A DNA stretch of 64,000 nt from Amoebophrya sp. A120 (taxonomy: Eukaryota; Protista; Dinoflagellata), in the NCBI GenBank assembly GCA_905178155.1, contig CAJINV010000007.1, positions 2,647,151 to 2,711,150 of the forward strand, written 5' to 3'. Of the stretch, positions 1-12,349 are shown piece after piece. The first letter of the stretch is position 1. Every line of letters starts with the position of its first letter. Made by a program: the position numbers and the translations under genes. Below the pieces are notes generated by a model, which saw nothing but the letters and a program-made list of their open reading frames with translations, had not been told where the DNA came from and made no database searches.

Positions 1-292
1 GTCAAGACCAGGTGGATCATTACCAATTGCACGCAACATGGTTTCACTCCGGAAGTCGATCCAACAGGCCAAGTAATCTCATTCTGACTCTCTCTGTGCC
101 ACACACCGTCACGAGAATGAATCGACGCCGACACGGATTCGCGAAGAGCACGACGCTGACCACTACGCCCACGGAAGTGATCTCAACTCAGCTGTCCGAA
201 CTCACATCAATGCGACATGTAGTTTTTGTTTATGCTGTACGGCATCTTCGCCTAGACGTTTGTATTTTTATTTACGGCAGATTCATCGCTTG

Positions 293-3200
293 TTAGATGT
301 AAACAGCAACGCCCTCGAGCCCGTCGTTCTTCTCCTGCGTGTTCCCCTCGGTTTTTTTTTGCTCCTCCATCGCCGGTGATGGTGAAGATGCAGTACTACC
401 AGAAGTGTAGCGCAGCCCTTCTCGTTCTGTTTGTGTTGCTCCTTGACGCCGCTTGATCTTATCATCTTCATCTTGCTTCTCGTGGTCTATTTGCTCTTGG
501 TTTTCATCATCTTCCTCATCCGAGTCGGGTTTTTCGTCCTCGTGCTCCAAATAGTTGACTACCTGTGCACTTCTAGCCTGTTTCGTCTTTGCTTGCTCAG
601 CCGTATCAGGTTTACTCTCCAGGTTGCCGGTGGTTGTACTTTCATCTACTTGTACTTCCTCGTCTTTCGCCCGTGAAGGTGTCGGCTGTTTTGTTACCAT
701 CCCGAGGCGTTGCATGATCGATTTCAGTTTCTCGGTCTGCTCCTCAGGGTCTTCTCTGGGATCATTGGTCTCCTCGAGTTGCAGCTCGGAAGATGTTGTA
801 ATTTTGCCGGTCGTGGACGATGCCGATGCAGGACGAACATCGTTACCAGCGTCACTCTTTGCACCTCTCGCATGGTCTGACGTCGAAGCTGATGCTTCTT
901 TCCCACCAAATGTCGCTTGCCACCACGAGATGACGGCTTCGCGGAGAGCTATTGGCGTTCCTGATTGCCACCACCTGCTTGATTTCGCTCCTTGCTGGTC
1001 CTGGTCGTCTTCACGTGCTGTTGTCCTCAGTGACGCGGAACTACTTTGTTCGTCGCTGACCTTATGGTCTTCATCATCTCCACCTTTCAAAACCCGTCTC
1101 AAAGTTGTAGCCGACTTCTGGGATATCTGTCCCATCACGCTGCTCGCCTGGATCGCTTCCAACCGTTCCTTTTCCCGTTCACTCGGCGGCTCCGTGTTTT
1201 GCTCCGATTTCGCGGTGGGTAAGAAGTGCCCGGTGGCTAAATACTCGTCGAACTTTTGGTCCTTCTGCACCGTGGTGTGGAGGTACACCGTGTAGTGGTG
1301 ATAAGGCTCGCCGTTTTTGTAGACTTGCAGGATCAACGTCGTTCCTTGCTTCCCCGTTGCTACGGAAATCGGGTCGGTTGGCAATCCTAACTGCACGTCG
1401 CACAGTTTCTCCTGCGTGGGACGGCGGAACTCCGCGGTAATCCCGTCAGGCTCGCCGTAGATGACCTGTTGATGACGAGTCGTAAAGGAAATAATTTATT
1501 GGCGGGGTCGATCCCGTGATACTTGCAGAAGCTGCAGCATGGTGGAATACTCATGCACTTCTATATTGTTTATTGTGTTGGAAAACTCATGCACTATATT
1601 GTAAAGGGCTCTGTTCACGCGCAAAGATGTAGGTGCAAGGACGTACTACCATCAAGTGCACTTTTCGCAAGTGCGTGGTGCAGTAGATCTTCGCTCTGTC
1701 CTCCGGGTCGTGGATGCAATGCCCCTCTCCCATGATCGGGGACACGACCACCAATTTGCTCAAATCAATCCGGACCATGTTGGCGCCAAACCACTTGTCG
1801 TGGGATGATTTTGTGTCGGTTTGCAGTTCCAGCGGAATGGTCCGCTTCGCGCCCATGCCGCCGTGCATCACGATTTTGAACTCCTCCACCCCGTTCGGTT
1901 GCTGCAGAATCGTCGGAAGCCCGTTCAACAGTTTCGTCTCGTGGTCGTGCGAGTCGTACATTTTGATCTCACACGTCGCGTTCCAGGTCTATGGGGTTCG
2001 CAAACATTACATTCTCAACTGTTACATGATTTGTCATGCAAAATGACCAATTAAGCTGCTTCGCATAACAAGTTCTCGAATGGCTAAACAGCGTCTAAAT
2101 CTGTACCAAATCTGTCATGCAAGACGCACAAGCTCCCTCCTCTCACTTTCCCTTTCGCCATTCTTGCATAACAAATTGAATTCATGCAACAGTTGAGGAT
2201 GTAAATTGAGAACGCCATAAGGTCGCGATCAAGGTCGCCTGAAAGGTGAACTGCCGGCACACGAAAGCGCCGTTTCTTTTCTGTTCGCAGGAACCGAGCC
2301 CCGCGGGAGTTTGGAGGTTGAACTTCACAGACCTGATATGTTTGTTGATGTGGGGAAGGTGCTTGTTTGCAGATTCGATTTCATGTCAGAGGAGAATTTA
2401 TTTTCGGAGTCATGCAGTTAGAAGTTCAAGCACAAGCTGTGTGCCCTCTTATTAGCCATAGCCCGCACCACAAAGAGGCGCTATTGGTTGTATCGAAACA
2501 TAAATACTCTAAATCCGTCGCTTCCGGTTTCTCGAGCTTGATCAGGTATGTGCGCAGAATTTCCGATCCGCCGGTCCACCGGGGGTGTTTGTAGGCACAG
2601 GACACCATGACGTGCTCCACGGGGTGCCGGATGTACTGCCGATAGGGGTACCCGGGGGAAAGAATCTCTCCGTCCCACTTGTAGTAGGGCGTTTCCGGGT
2701 CGCACTCGGCGTAAATGTCCACGTAATCGTGGAGCGTGGAGAGGACGTATAGAAACTTGTTGTGCAGTTTTTTCGTTTTCGTCGACTCCTGGATCAGAGT
2801 CCCGTACTGCGAATAGACATACACGGACGTGAGGCGGAGCTGTGGTGACGCGGCTTTTTATTTTTTTCTCTCTATATACACCGACATAAAAACGCAAGAA
2901 TTGACATGACTCTAGCAGAGGCATGACTTCTCCGTCCAGGTGTACTTCCATGAGCAAACTGCTCGATACTTCTACATTTTGACCGAACCATTTTTACCAG
3001 ATCCGGCGCCGGTGCCTGCAGCATGCGCAAGTAGTAGGTGTGCGCGTTGTACTCGTCCTTCGGATCGGAGACCAGCAACTCGGCCGTGTAGTCCAAAGCT
3101 GCGTTGGTTTCGTTCAGATGGAATGGGATCAGAATCGGCTCCAGCGACGAATACACGTGCTCGATCCCGTCCAGCGACAGTTTTGGCGGGTACCGGGGCG

Positions 3201-3579
3201 GAAAATGGTGAAACGCCAGGTCCGGCATGATGTGGCAAAAGCGGTCCCGCGCACTCCGGACGACCACGTTGTAGTAGAAGTTGTCTCGGCTGAACTCCGG
3301 CTCTAATTCCGCACCGGTGACCACGATGCTGTGGAGTTTGGTGTAATACCCGCGCTCGCCCCACCGGGGGAGTTGATGCTTGTGCGAACTCACCGTGGAC
3401 TCGGCGTGGGCGGCTTGGATTTTCGCCTCGTCTCGCATCACCTTGTCAATGTCGGACGTAATGTCCTTCTGATCGACGGCGAGAACTGGTGTCGCCGTGT
3501 GGAGGAGATTTGTCAGGACGGTAAGCAGGAGTAGTAGACCCGCAGGCGTTGATGTTAAGCTTGAGAGGGGCACTTTCAT
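293..3579 (-). CDS. Multi-exon secreted protein with cadherin-like beta-sandwich repeats and an acidic low-complexity C-terminus
   Basis: ATG at 3579 is followed by a signal-peptide-like segment (AGLLLLLTVLTNLLHTATPVLA). LHSIVVTGAELEPEFSRDNFYYNVVV fits the L..L.V....L.P.F....Y...V pattern of Cadherin-like beta-sandwich domains. Exons correspond to ORFs 2872-3732, 2426-2824, an unlisted exon ~2220-2332, 1587-1961 and 293-1396. Exon junctions are approximate. Confidence 0.6.
1990..2219. mobile_element. Introner-like TIR element, family 2 (230 bp, 5-bp direct repeat AGGTC)
   Basis: Imperfect TIR TATGGGGTTC...TACATTCTCAACTGTTACATGA / TCATGCAACAGTTGAGGATGTA...GAACGCCATA. AGGTC occurs at 1985-1989 and 2220-2224. 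Removing the element plus one repeat gives an open frame ...QATLIATWNATCEIKMYD... Confidence 0.8.
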
Positions 3580-4800
3580 CTTTTGGAAGATCTTCTGTGA
3601 GGAACTGCAGGTACGTCGTCGCTCTCCGGGCGTGTAGCTGGTGCTCCCACTTCTTCGGGTCTCCCACCTCCCGCTGACGCTGCAGCTACCCCTGGTGATA
3701 TAATGATTCATGATCAGGATCTTTTCGTTCATGTAAAGAACATGTCGTCGCGGTTACAACTACGTGCGTCACGATCTCCTGCACAATCCACCTACATAAG
3801 TATCTGAATCTGAGCGTTAGATCGTATTTGTATAGAAAACCAGGACGACCTACTCTCGAGAAATTCGACTCAAAAAAAAATGAAACGTATAAGGTACTCG
3901 ATCTCTCCTGGTGGCTCACGATGTGCTTCATCTCGCTCCTGTGCAGGACTAAATTTTGGCAGTAGTGCAACTTTGCGACCTAGTACTGCTGTAGGGCCGC
4001 TCTGGTCCCTCTTACGATGAAAGGAAAAAAATGCGGATGCTCATGCTCTTGCCCGTTCACTATCTCATCTTCCCGGTCGCGAACAAGACGAGCATGAAGA
4101 GCGCAAGATTTTTAGTACGCCGGCTTGCTCCAGTTTCTGCCGTCAGAGCCGACTGCTTGTGCGCTGTCTTCGGGCCCGGCCCTCGGGCTTCTTTCCTGCA
4201 TCGCTGCCGCTGCAACCACAGCCCCTGATAGGATCAAGAAGAAGGTTTCACTTTTATTGCATGACTACACTTATTCACAGTTGCCAACGACCAGCAAGAG
4301 ACTTTGTATCTTCGATACGCATCAACATGTCGCATCTACTCCTGCAAAAGGAGGTCGCTTTCGACGTACTTCTACTTGCTGTCGCACAGTTTTATCTTCA
4401 CGGAGCGCAGCAAGAAAAGAAAACGCCCACAGTGTGTCGTAGCTACTACACTAACACCTGTCACATCATAGGGTTAGGGGTACTCCTTCCAGTTCTAGCA
4501 GACACTCAAGAAAAACACCAAATAAGTGCCAGTATGTAAGTGCATGATATCGGTGCTGTTGCAGAATAAGATACGGGCTTCTTATTCTACTCAGAGGACA
4601 GATCCAGAAGGAGCGTCATAAGCGTGCAGATTCAGCTTTACCGCGATTTTTATGTCCTCCTCTTCCGCGCTACTCTTTCAGTTTCAGAACTACGGCCGTA
4701 GCTCTGCCTCTGCGGAAGCATCAAGGGTTTGGGTTTCGATTGGCTAAATTCTGTCACGAAGCTACAGGCGAACGCGAACTAAAAAACACTATAAAAATTT

Positions 4801-6709
4801 TCAGTAAACCAGGATTTCGTGCCTGGCTTTTGAGTGTGTAATCTTCTGCGCCACTCCGGGCAGGCACACATACTCCATTGACGGCCCGGTTACCCCCTCC
4901 CTCTTCTTCTCTCCAGACTTATGTGTCATGATTACTAACAGTGACTGCTCCCCCTTGCTCTTCCTGACTTGCTGCACGCAAGCTAGAAACACGGGGTCGC
5001 TCTTGCTGTAACTTGCTGTGGGTACTATGCTAGACAAATCTGGGACAGTGTCCTCAGAAACGAGATCGGTGTCAAGCAAGCTGTAAACCTCGACATCATT
5101 TAAGTTAACAGATTTAGCCAATTCGAACTTGAGCTGCGGCGGGCCGGTGAACTTCGTCTTTTTCTCGGAGCCACTGCCCTGCTTCAGGCTGACGATGCAA
5201 GCCGTCATGTTGTCCGTGCCCAGGCTGTTCATCTGTAGATTTCGATTTTTTTTTTTGCAGGAATGAAGATGCTTTTGCTGAGGTGGATATCAAATGGCAG
5301 CTCGACGGACGCATATTTCTATCGATGATTTGCAGCCTATGTATCGCTATCTTGATTTCGTCGCATAATTTGGAGCTAGTCCATACAGAAGCCCATTTTA
5401 GTAAGTTAGGTATTAAGTCGCAGTACGTTCGAATCCGGACTGCAACACCTTTCCAGCAGGGCTTCGGCGCACCTTCGCAGGTTCTGCTCGCTGTGGTCAT
5501 CCTGCAGGAAGTTCTGGACAAACGCGAGACACTGCTCGTTTGTGACCACGTCCCAGATGCCGTCACACGCAAGTATGAGCAAGTCGTCGGTTGGCTCCAG
5601 CGTGCACTCAAGGATGTCAGCATGGCCTAGTTTTCGTTTATTTTCGCTTCGTGTTCATTCATTTTTGGAAAATGAGCATCTTTGCAACTACCTACAGCAC
5701 TGCATTGAGTCGAATAAGTCACAATACGCCCTTTATTTTCAGGAAAAACAAATTTGTACCGGCAATCACTTGCTTGTCCGGGCCCGTCTCGTCTAGCGCT
5801 GTCTTGTACCTCAAATCCCCCAAGGCCCGGCTCAAGTTTAAATTCTGACACACCCGGTACTGCCCCTGCATCAAATCCACGGTCCCGCCAGCTTCTTGTA
5901 TTCGTTTCCTCTCCCGGGGCGAATTCGGTTTGTGATCGTGCGTGAAGACGCGGACCTTTCCTGTTTTCGTCCCTATTATCGCACGGGAGTCACCGGCGTT
6001 CGCGAAGTAGCACTTCTTGCCTGATATTGGTTAGTTTTAATTTTCGCAATAGTATCTATGGGACCTTCATAGAAAGAAGATTGCATACAGACACCGTGCC
6101 TTGTCTTTGTTGGGTATGCAATCCTGAAATCGCACACGATATCTGTCATGATGCGAAACTCGTCCCATCTCTACCTTGTATCGCACAGGTGACCGCAGTG
6201 CAGCCCTGTCCGCCGTATTTCGTCGAGGAGGCCATGTCTCGGTTCATTATTCTATCCAGTTCGTGGTACGTTTCCTGCAAGGCCTCGCCCAGGTCCGCCA
6301 CCTTGTTTTGCTGGTTGCGGAAGACTTTGGCGAAATCTTTCGCGACAAGTTCCGACACGTCTTTACCCCCATGTCCATCATACACGCCGAAGAGGGCGGC
6401 GGGGTTCTCGCGGAAAAAGGCCGTGAAGTCCGCAATGTGTGCGTCCTCCATGGTTCTTCGCCAACCCTGAATTTGTCCGTTTATTTGAACAGTTCGTTTG
6501 TCTTTACACATGACAGATTGCCCAGTAGCAACATTTTGCGCACCATCGCGAGGGAGAAGAGAAATTTCCGTCAAAATTCAAAACTGTATCATGTGCTTAC
6601 GTTGCAATATCAAAAGAACCTGCATGGCACTGACGGCATATTTCATGCCCAGACCGGACCCGCTCTCGGTCTGCTTTTCCTTGCATGGCTTGTCGAGCAA
6701 GCCACCCAT
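4801..6709 (-). CDS. Protein phosphatase 2C (PPM family), multi-exon
   Basis: Spliced translation contains the PP2C motifs MGGLLDKP...MQ|GWRRTMEDAH, FGVYDGHGG, GCTAV, ANAGDSRA, DHKP, LSRALGD, LILACDGIWDV and GTDNMT. GT-AG introns include 6467-6619. Confidence 0.95.
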
Positions 6710-7516
6710 CTTGTGAAAATTCAATCTCTTTCCGTTGTCAGGTACTGAAGGCACGAATTTCAGTCAAACAACTGAGAGAGGTGATGCACAGACACAAATT
6801 CCCATCCGCGATTTTATCATGAAAAATACACTCAAACTTGATTAATTCACTGGCAGTACGTAGTGTAGTGTTGTATGCAAAAGAACCAAATCATCAACAT
6901 CAACTCGTCATCTCCTCCGAAGTTGAGTCTTCTTGAATCAATGAGTAAAGAGAAGGACGAGTAAACCTGAACCTCAACCTGATGTCATTATTAGAAGGAA
7001 AAGAAATATCATCCATAGTTGTGGGACTTTCTGGAGGACGGAGGGAGTGCCGCAACAAGCTACTTACTTTTAAGACTTTCATTCACGCGACAATTCAGCA
7101 CTTACTTAGCTGTGGTTCCGAAACGAAAGGGTCAACGTTTCTACTTCTATGAGAGCGACAGAAGCGGCAGGAGCTCTAGCAAAAACTATGCAAGAAAGTG
7201 CTCGTCCTGTAGGACTGTTCACACGAAGAGTGGCAGACAGGGCAGACTGTGTAAAACTTTGTTTAGTATTTGAGTCAATTAGTGTGGAAGATGAACAACG
7301 CACCCTCTCAGCTATTTTCATGGTTTCTAGTTCTACGTTCTGAAAGAGTGCCGTCAGGAGCAACGCGCTGCTCTGGTTCTCTTTCGAATAGCTTCATGCG
7401 TTTCATCGTTAAAGAGGCGTCCTGCTCGCCCTGATTCTTTCACATTGCTGTTGCACTCAAATCGGAATCGCATTCGATCAGTGAGGACTAACCAACCTTA
7501 CTTTTTCAACTCATCA

Positions 7517-7807
7517 TCAAGGTACTTTATCCATTTTCGCAAAATTCTTTTTTCGTAGCGACACCCCGAGACTCTGTCGCAACACGGAGTGCTCCACTTC
7601 GGTGGGCACCGCAAACCCCTTCTCGATCTGTCCGATGTACCGTTCGCCAAGTCCAGTCGCCCACCCAAGCTTCCACATTGGTATCCTCTTGCTCTTTCGC
7701 GCGAATCGCAGGGCGTGTCCAAGGTGTGGCCACGCGTGGCAGTTGAAATCTTTACTGGCGTGAGGCCACAGCCACAGACGGAGACGGGGTGTTGAGATGG
7801 AAAGCAT
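7517..7807 (-). CDS. Small XRE/Cro-type helix-turn-helix protein (like the MBF1 C-terminal domain)
   Basis: LGHALRFARKSKRIPMWKLGWATGLGERYIGQIEKGFAVPTEVEHSVLRQSLGVSL follows the HTH_3/MBF1 pattern (..AR......LA..G.....I..IE.G.A.P.......L...LGV.L). Confidence 0.6.
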   Translation of the reverse strand: MLSISTPRLRLWLWPHASKDFNCHAWPHLGHALRFARKSKRIPMWKLGWATGLGERYIGQIEKGFAVPTEVEHSVLRQSLGVSLRKKNFAKMDKVP

Positions 7808-8479
7808 TTCTAATTACTTTCTTGAGGCTGTTTTCATTGTGTAGTACTGCTAGTAGTAGTACCCGAAAATGTCCTTGAGTTCTTAATCTTAGACAACTTT
7901 GTCCTTTTGGTCTCTTGGCGTTCTTAATATCACGTGCACATACACGACCATCTTCAGACAACCATGACGATCATGATCTTTAACAACCTTAAAACTCTCG
8001 AGCCGACGCAGATGACGGCTGCAATGCATATGTGTTTCAGAAGATCCTTTGACGAACACCACTGGTGAGTGAAGCCACATTTATCACAAACATGAAGACG
8101 CCAGCAATCGAAGCCAAAGTCACAGGTGGTCGCTGCAATTTTTTGCGAAACAAACGCGCCACCACATCAAATTCGTTGAAATATTTTTTGCGATTTTTGC
8201 AATTGGAATGGTTCTTCTCGTGTGGATTGTGAGTGTTCGCAAAAGCAAAAACATATGGAAGAAGTCGGGCGGTCGAAATGTGTACAAGCGTGACGCGTTC
8301 CATTCGACGGCCCACACCAACGGACCAACGACACCAATTATCAAAGAGTACAGCATAACTTACTCGAGCATCTACACTCCAGGTATACACACAGATAGTG
8401 TCTGCTGTCTGCGAGTTATTTCCAGCATTTGATAAATCCATATACCAGCAATCCGCCCTTTCTAGTACTTAAGCACTTC

Positions 8480-11235
8480 TTACGCCTGCGAGCTCGCCTT
8501 TGACCCGCCGCTGCTGCCCTCTTTTTCCCCCGCTCCGTCCTCGGACAGCACCGAGGACCCCTCCTTCTCCTCCCCGCTGTCCTTTTTCGATCCCCCGGTC
8601 TTGGAATCTGCCGCCGCGGACGACGAATCCTCTTCCGTGACCGACTCCAACGTCGACTGACTCATGTCCTCAAACCCGACCGCTTCCGTCGCGAGGATCC
8701 CCAAGTCCGTCGTCCACTTGCGCACGCATTTCCGCACCGCCTTCTGCAGCATCTCCTCGGCCTTCTGCTCCAAGTCGATCACCTCTTTCTCCTTCGCAAT
8801 CCCGGTCACACTGTCGATGCTGGTTTCCGGCTCGGTGAACCCGTCTTCCACCCGTTCCTTCACCTTCTCGACCGCCTCCAAAATGTCCGCCGCCAGGCGA
8901 TTCTCGTGCCCCGGCAAAATCTTAAACTTCTGCGGGTCGCGGGACTTGATCAACCGATTCAGGTACCGCGCGTGGGTCTTCTTCGGCCGGGTCGCGAGCA
9001 AGGATAACGTTGACGATCCGGTGGAGAATTCCTCCAGTTTCTGCTCGTTCACCACCCACTTCCGCGCCGCCTGCGCCGGGATGTCTTTGGGCGCGCGGTA
9101 CAGGTTCGGCCCCAGCCCGCCGAACAGTTTCAGATCCCCGCCACCGTACTGCGCCTTGTGGTACTGCAGCGTGGTGCGGTCCGGGTGTTCCGTGCCCAGC
9201 ATGACGTGCTCGTGTTCCAGCCGGTCCTTATTCATCCCCGCCGCGATGTGGGCCGGAACCGGGAAGTGCTGGCCGCCCGGTCCGGCCTGCAGCATCGCTT
9301 CTTGCCGGCTCATGGACTTCGCCCGGGCCTTCTTCGCGAGATTCTTCGCTCGGAGCAGTCCCCCCAACGCCGCTCCCGCCCCGAGACCGCCACCACCTCC
9401 GCTGGTGGTGCCGCGGCTGGAGGTGGTCCTGGAAAGCTGCCTTATCAAATGTAAAAATGTCTGGGTCTGGAAGAATGCGCGATTTGTCATGCAGCTTTTC
9501 CATGACCCATGAGGTCTGGAATGCAGGACCTAGCATGACAGATTCTGCGCGACCTTTCTCATGCCTATCCTGCATGAGAAACTGCCTCCCGACTTGGTCA
9601 AAACTGGACGACTTTTGGCAATCATGCAACACAGATTTTTGCATGCTGCAGATTTAGCATGACAAGTTGCATTCTTCCAGACCCAGACATTTTTACATTT
9701 GATATGCCCGTCTGCGGTATTGTTTTCAACGTCTTCGTCCGCGAAGGTCACCAAATTCGCCGCTTTTTCGAGCGCGTCTAACTTCCTTTTCCTCTTCTCC
9801 TTTTCCTTCCGCTCCTCCCGCCGCTTCTCCGATTTTCGCTGCGCCGTCGGGTTGTCGCGAAACTCCTTTTCGAGTGTGATGCTGTCCTCCCAGAGCGGGT
9901 CATCGAGTTCCTGCGAAAGTGACCGCTTCTCGTCGATGATGGAGGAGGTCATCAGGGTGGATACCATGCTGCTGTCCTCGCGGGAAGTTTGCTGTTGTAT
10001 GTGGAATTCGATTTCGATTTGCTCTTTGTCAGTCTCATCTTTTTCTCTTCTTTATCTTGAAGATGATAGGGAAGTAGTAGATGCAGCATTGTTGGTGCGG
10101 CGCATGTAGTTGTAAATCAGCTGGCACGTGGCGGGCAGTAATTGTTCGGTTATCGTGGTGACTAAGATTTGATAGATTAGATGGCTTTCAAGCGAACTTG
10201 TTGTCCTTTAGAGATAGCTTAAATTCAAAAGAACTTCAACTTGGTTATTCTTATTACTACCGCATCAAAGCTGGTCCCGTCGATTGAGTGAAGCACCTGC
10301 GACAGAAATTCGGATTGGTTCTGCGCCGGGTCAAAAAACCGCCGGTTTAACATTTCTCTTTCCGCCAAACCCCTGCAGTAGTCCTTCGCCAAGCGTTCGT
10401 ACGCACTGGGTGGCATCTGCTTCCAGGTCGATTCGTCGACGGAATCCTGGGCCGTCATGACCACGTTTCCCAAAAATCCGTCTGGCGAGTACTTCCCTAA
10501 CCTGTTTGTGGCGTCGTCCTCCGGCGACCCAAGTTGGGCAAGCTGTTTTTTCGTCAGCTTTTTGTTCTTTTTCGCGGTTCTGTTCTCTCCATCTTCATTG
10601 CCCTGTTCCTCGGACAAACTCTGCGATCGGCTCGTAGTACTGTTCTTCAGCGTCGAACTCTCGCCGCCGTCTGTTTTTGTGAACTTCGACGTTTCGGGGG
10701 CACCGGAAATCGTGTTCTCATTGCCCTCGTGGTCATCTTCCCCGCCGGAATGGTCACCACGCGCCTGATCCTCGTCGTCTTCCGAGTCCTCGTCTTCGTC
10801 GACTTTTACTTGCAAGAAATCCGGTTGCGCCATCACGCCGCCCTCCGGCTTTTCCATCGGCAATAACCCCCCAAACCGGCCGTAGGTCCGGGCCATGGAG
10901 GGCTTCATGGGCTGTCCGAGTTTCGCGCGGTGGTCCCGGATCAACATGTCGAGGGATTGGACTTCGGACAGATTACGGTTCAGCTCGGCCTGCCCCTCGT
11001 CGAAGCACGAGTTCAAACGCCAATAATGATCTTGGAGATACATTCTCGATCCTTGGTGTACTGGTGCCGTGTGAGTGTATTGTTGACAAAAAGCGTTTGT
11101 TTTTAGGTTTGAGAAACTTCTTGGAAATTTGTTGTTTTCAAAAAAACCTTCAACTTGTTCCTCGGTAGATTGCCAAGCGAATAAAAATTGAGTTTCAAGG
11201 AAAATAGGAAGAATTTTTTTCTCAAATAAATACAA
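8480..11235 (-). CDS. Hypothetical multi-exon protein, interrupted by a family-1 introner; 5' end uncertain
   Basis: ORFs 10225-11235, 9530-9967 and 8480-9490. The last two join in frame (NNTADG|QLSRTT) once 9441-9707 is removed. Linkage of the first ORF is inferred. Confidence 0.6.
9443..9704. mobile_element. Introner-like TIR element, family 1 (262 bp)
   Basis: Perfect 36-bp TIR TATCAAATGTAAAAATGTCTGGGTCTGGAAGAATGC with flanking TGCCT/TGCCC. It can be spliced as a GC-AG intron at 9441-9707 on the minus strand. Confidence 0.92.
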
Positions 11236-12349
11236 CCGGCGCTGTTCTTTTATATATTTTCTTCAGACGAAGCAGAGAAGCGAAAAGACGACGGTGGTGC
11301 TTGAAGCCAGAGCATTTACACGCGCCACAAATAGACGTGCTTCTTCTTCCAAAGGCTCCGTTGAGTTCCACGACCGACGAAGTTGCTTTCTTGCAAATCG
11401 AGAAAAGAAAATCTTCGATTCCTGACGTTCATGCTTATCCACCCAACACAACGACCACTGGACAACTAGAGAAGGGAACCCTGATCATGCTTTCTTTTTT
11501 TATCTTGTGGCCGGTACTAGCAATTAATATTAAACCACGACGAGAGAGGACTTACGATTCATTTTCATACACGGGGATGAAGTTAAAGATCAATTCTGAG
11601 GCACACCGACGGGCACGACCCTTACAACGACAAGATTCGAACATCAAATACGCCCCTCACGCTGAGAGAAGGCCACAACGAACAGATGTTGAGTAAGCTT
11701 CGTTATTGTACTAGGCTCTTATCAAAGAACTACAGAAGATGTTGATGCTACAGAAAGTAGAGTAAGAGTTTATGATATTTCCTGTTCCTTGCAACACGAT
11801 GAATATGAGAAACGAGGTGCGCGTACTTATTTGCGTCGTAGTCGTACAACAATCTGTAACTCGACTCTGTCAGTAGAGGTTGTAAAAAATACAGTAGCAA
11901 TCAGGAGTCAATCGTCGGTATGTAAGGGGCGAAAAGTACAGGAGGCCTTGCGATTAAATGCCAGACCGATTCGACTGAGCAGCTGCAGCTGCTTGGAAAC
12001 ATAGAAACCTAGCAAGCCCTACCTCAAATACAAATGAAAAAATACCGCACGATACAAGTTAATACGAAGGATTTATAGCTCAAAGTCAGTCAACAAAAAC
12101 AAATACTTTACAAAGGTTTACTCACCTGAAGAAAAGCGTTGTTGGTGTTGGTTTTGATGCAGAAGTAGGAGAAAAGAAATAAACAGTAGAATAAAGCATC
12201 TCAAACAAGGCATGAACCAGACCGAACCTCACAGGTACAAACTTCAGATTGATGAACCAGAGTTGTTCCTCCGCCACTTAGCTCCAGTGGTGGCGCGGAA
12301 CATGTTCAGTAGCAAAAACTGCATGAGCATGATTACCTCCAAGAAATGG

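Noticed and set aside
1466-1724. Apparent GG-AG intron in the first gene
   Set aside because: The exon plausibly continues to a canonical GT donor (VHLM|GTAGTA), so no non-canonical site is needed.
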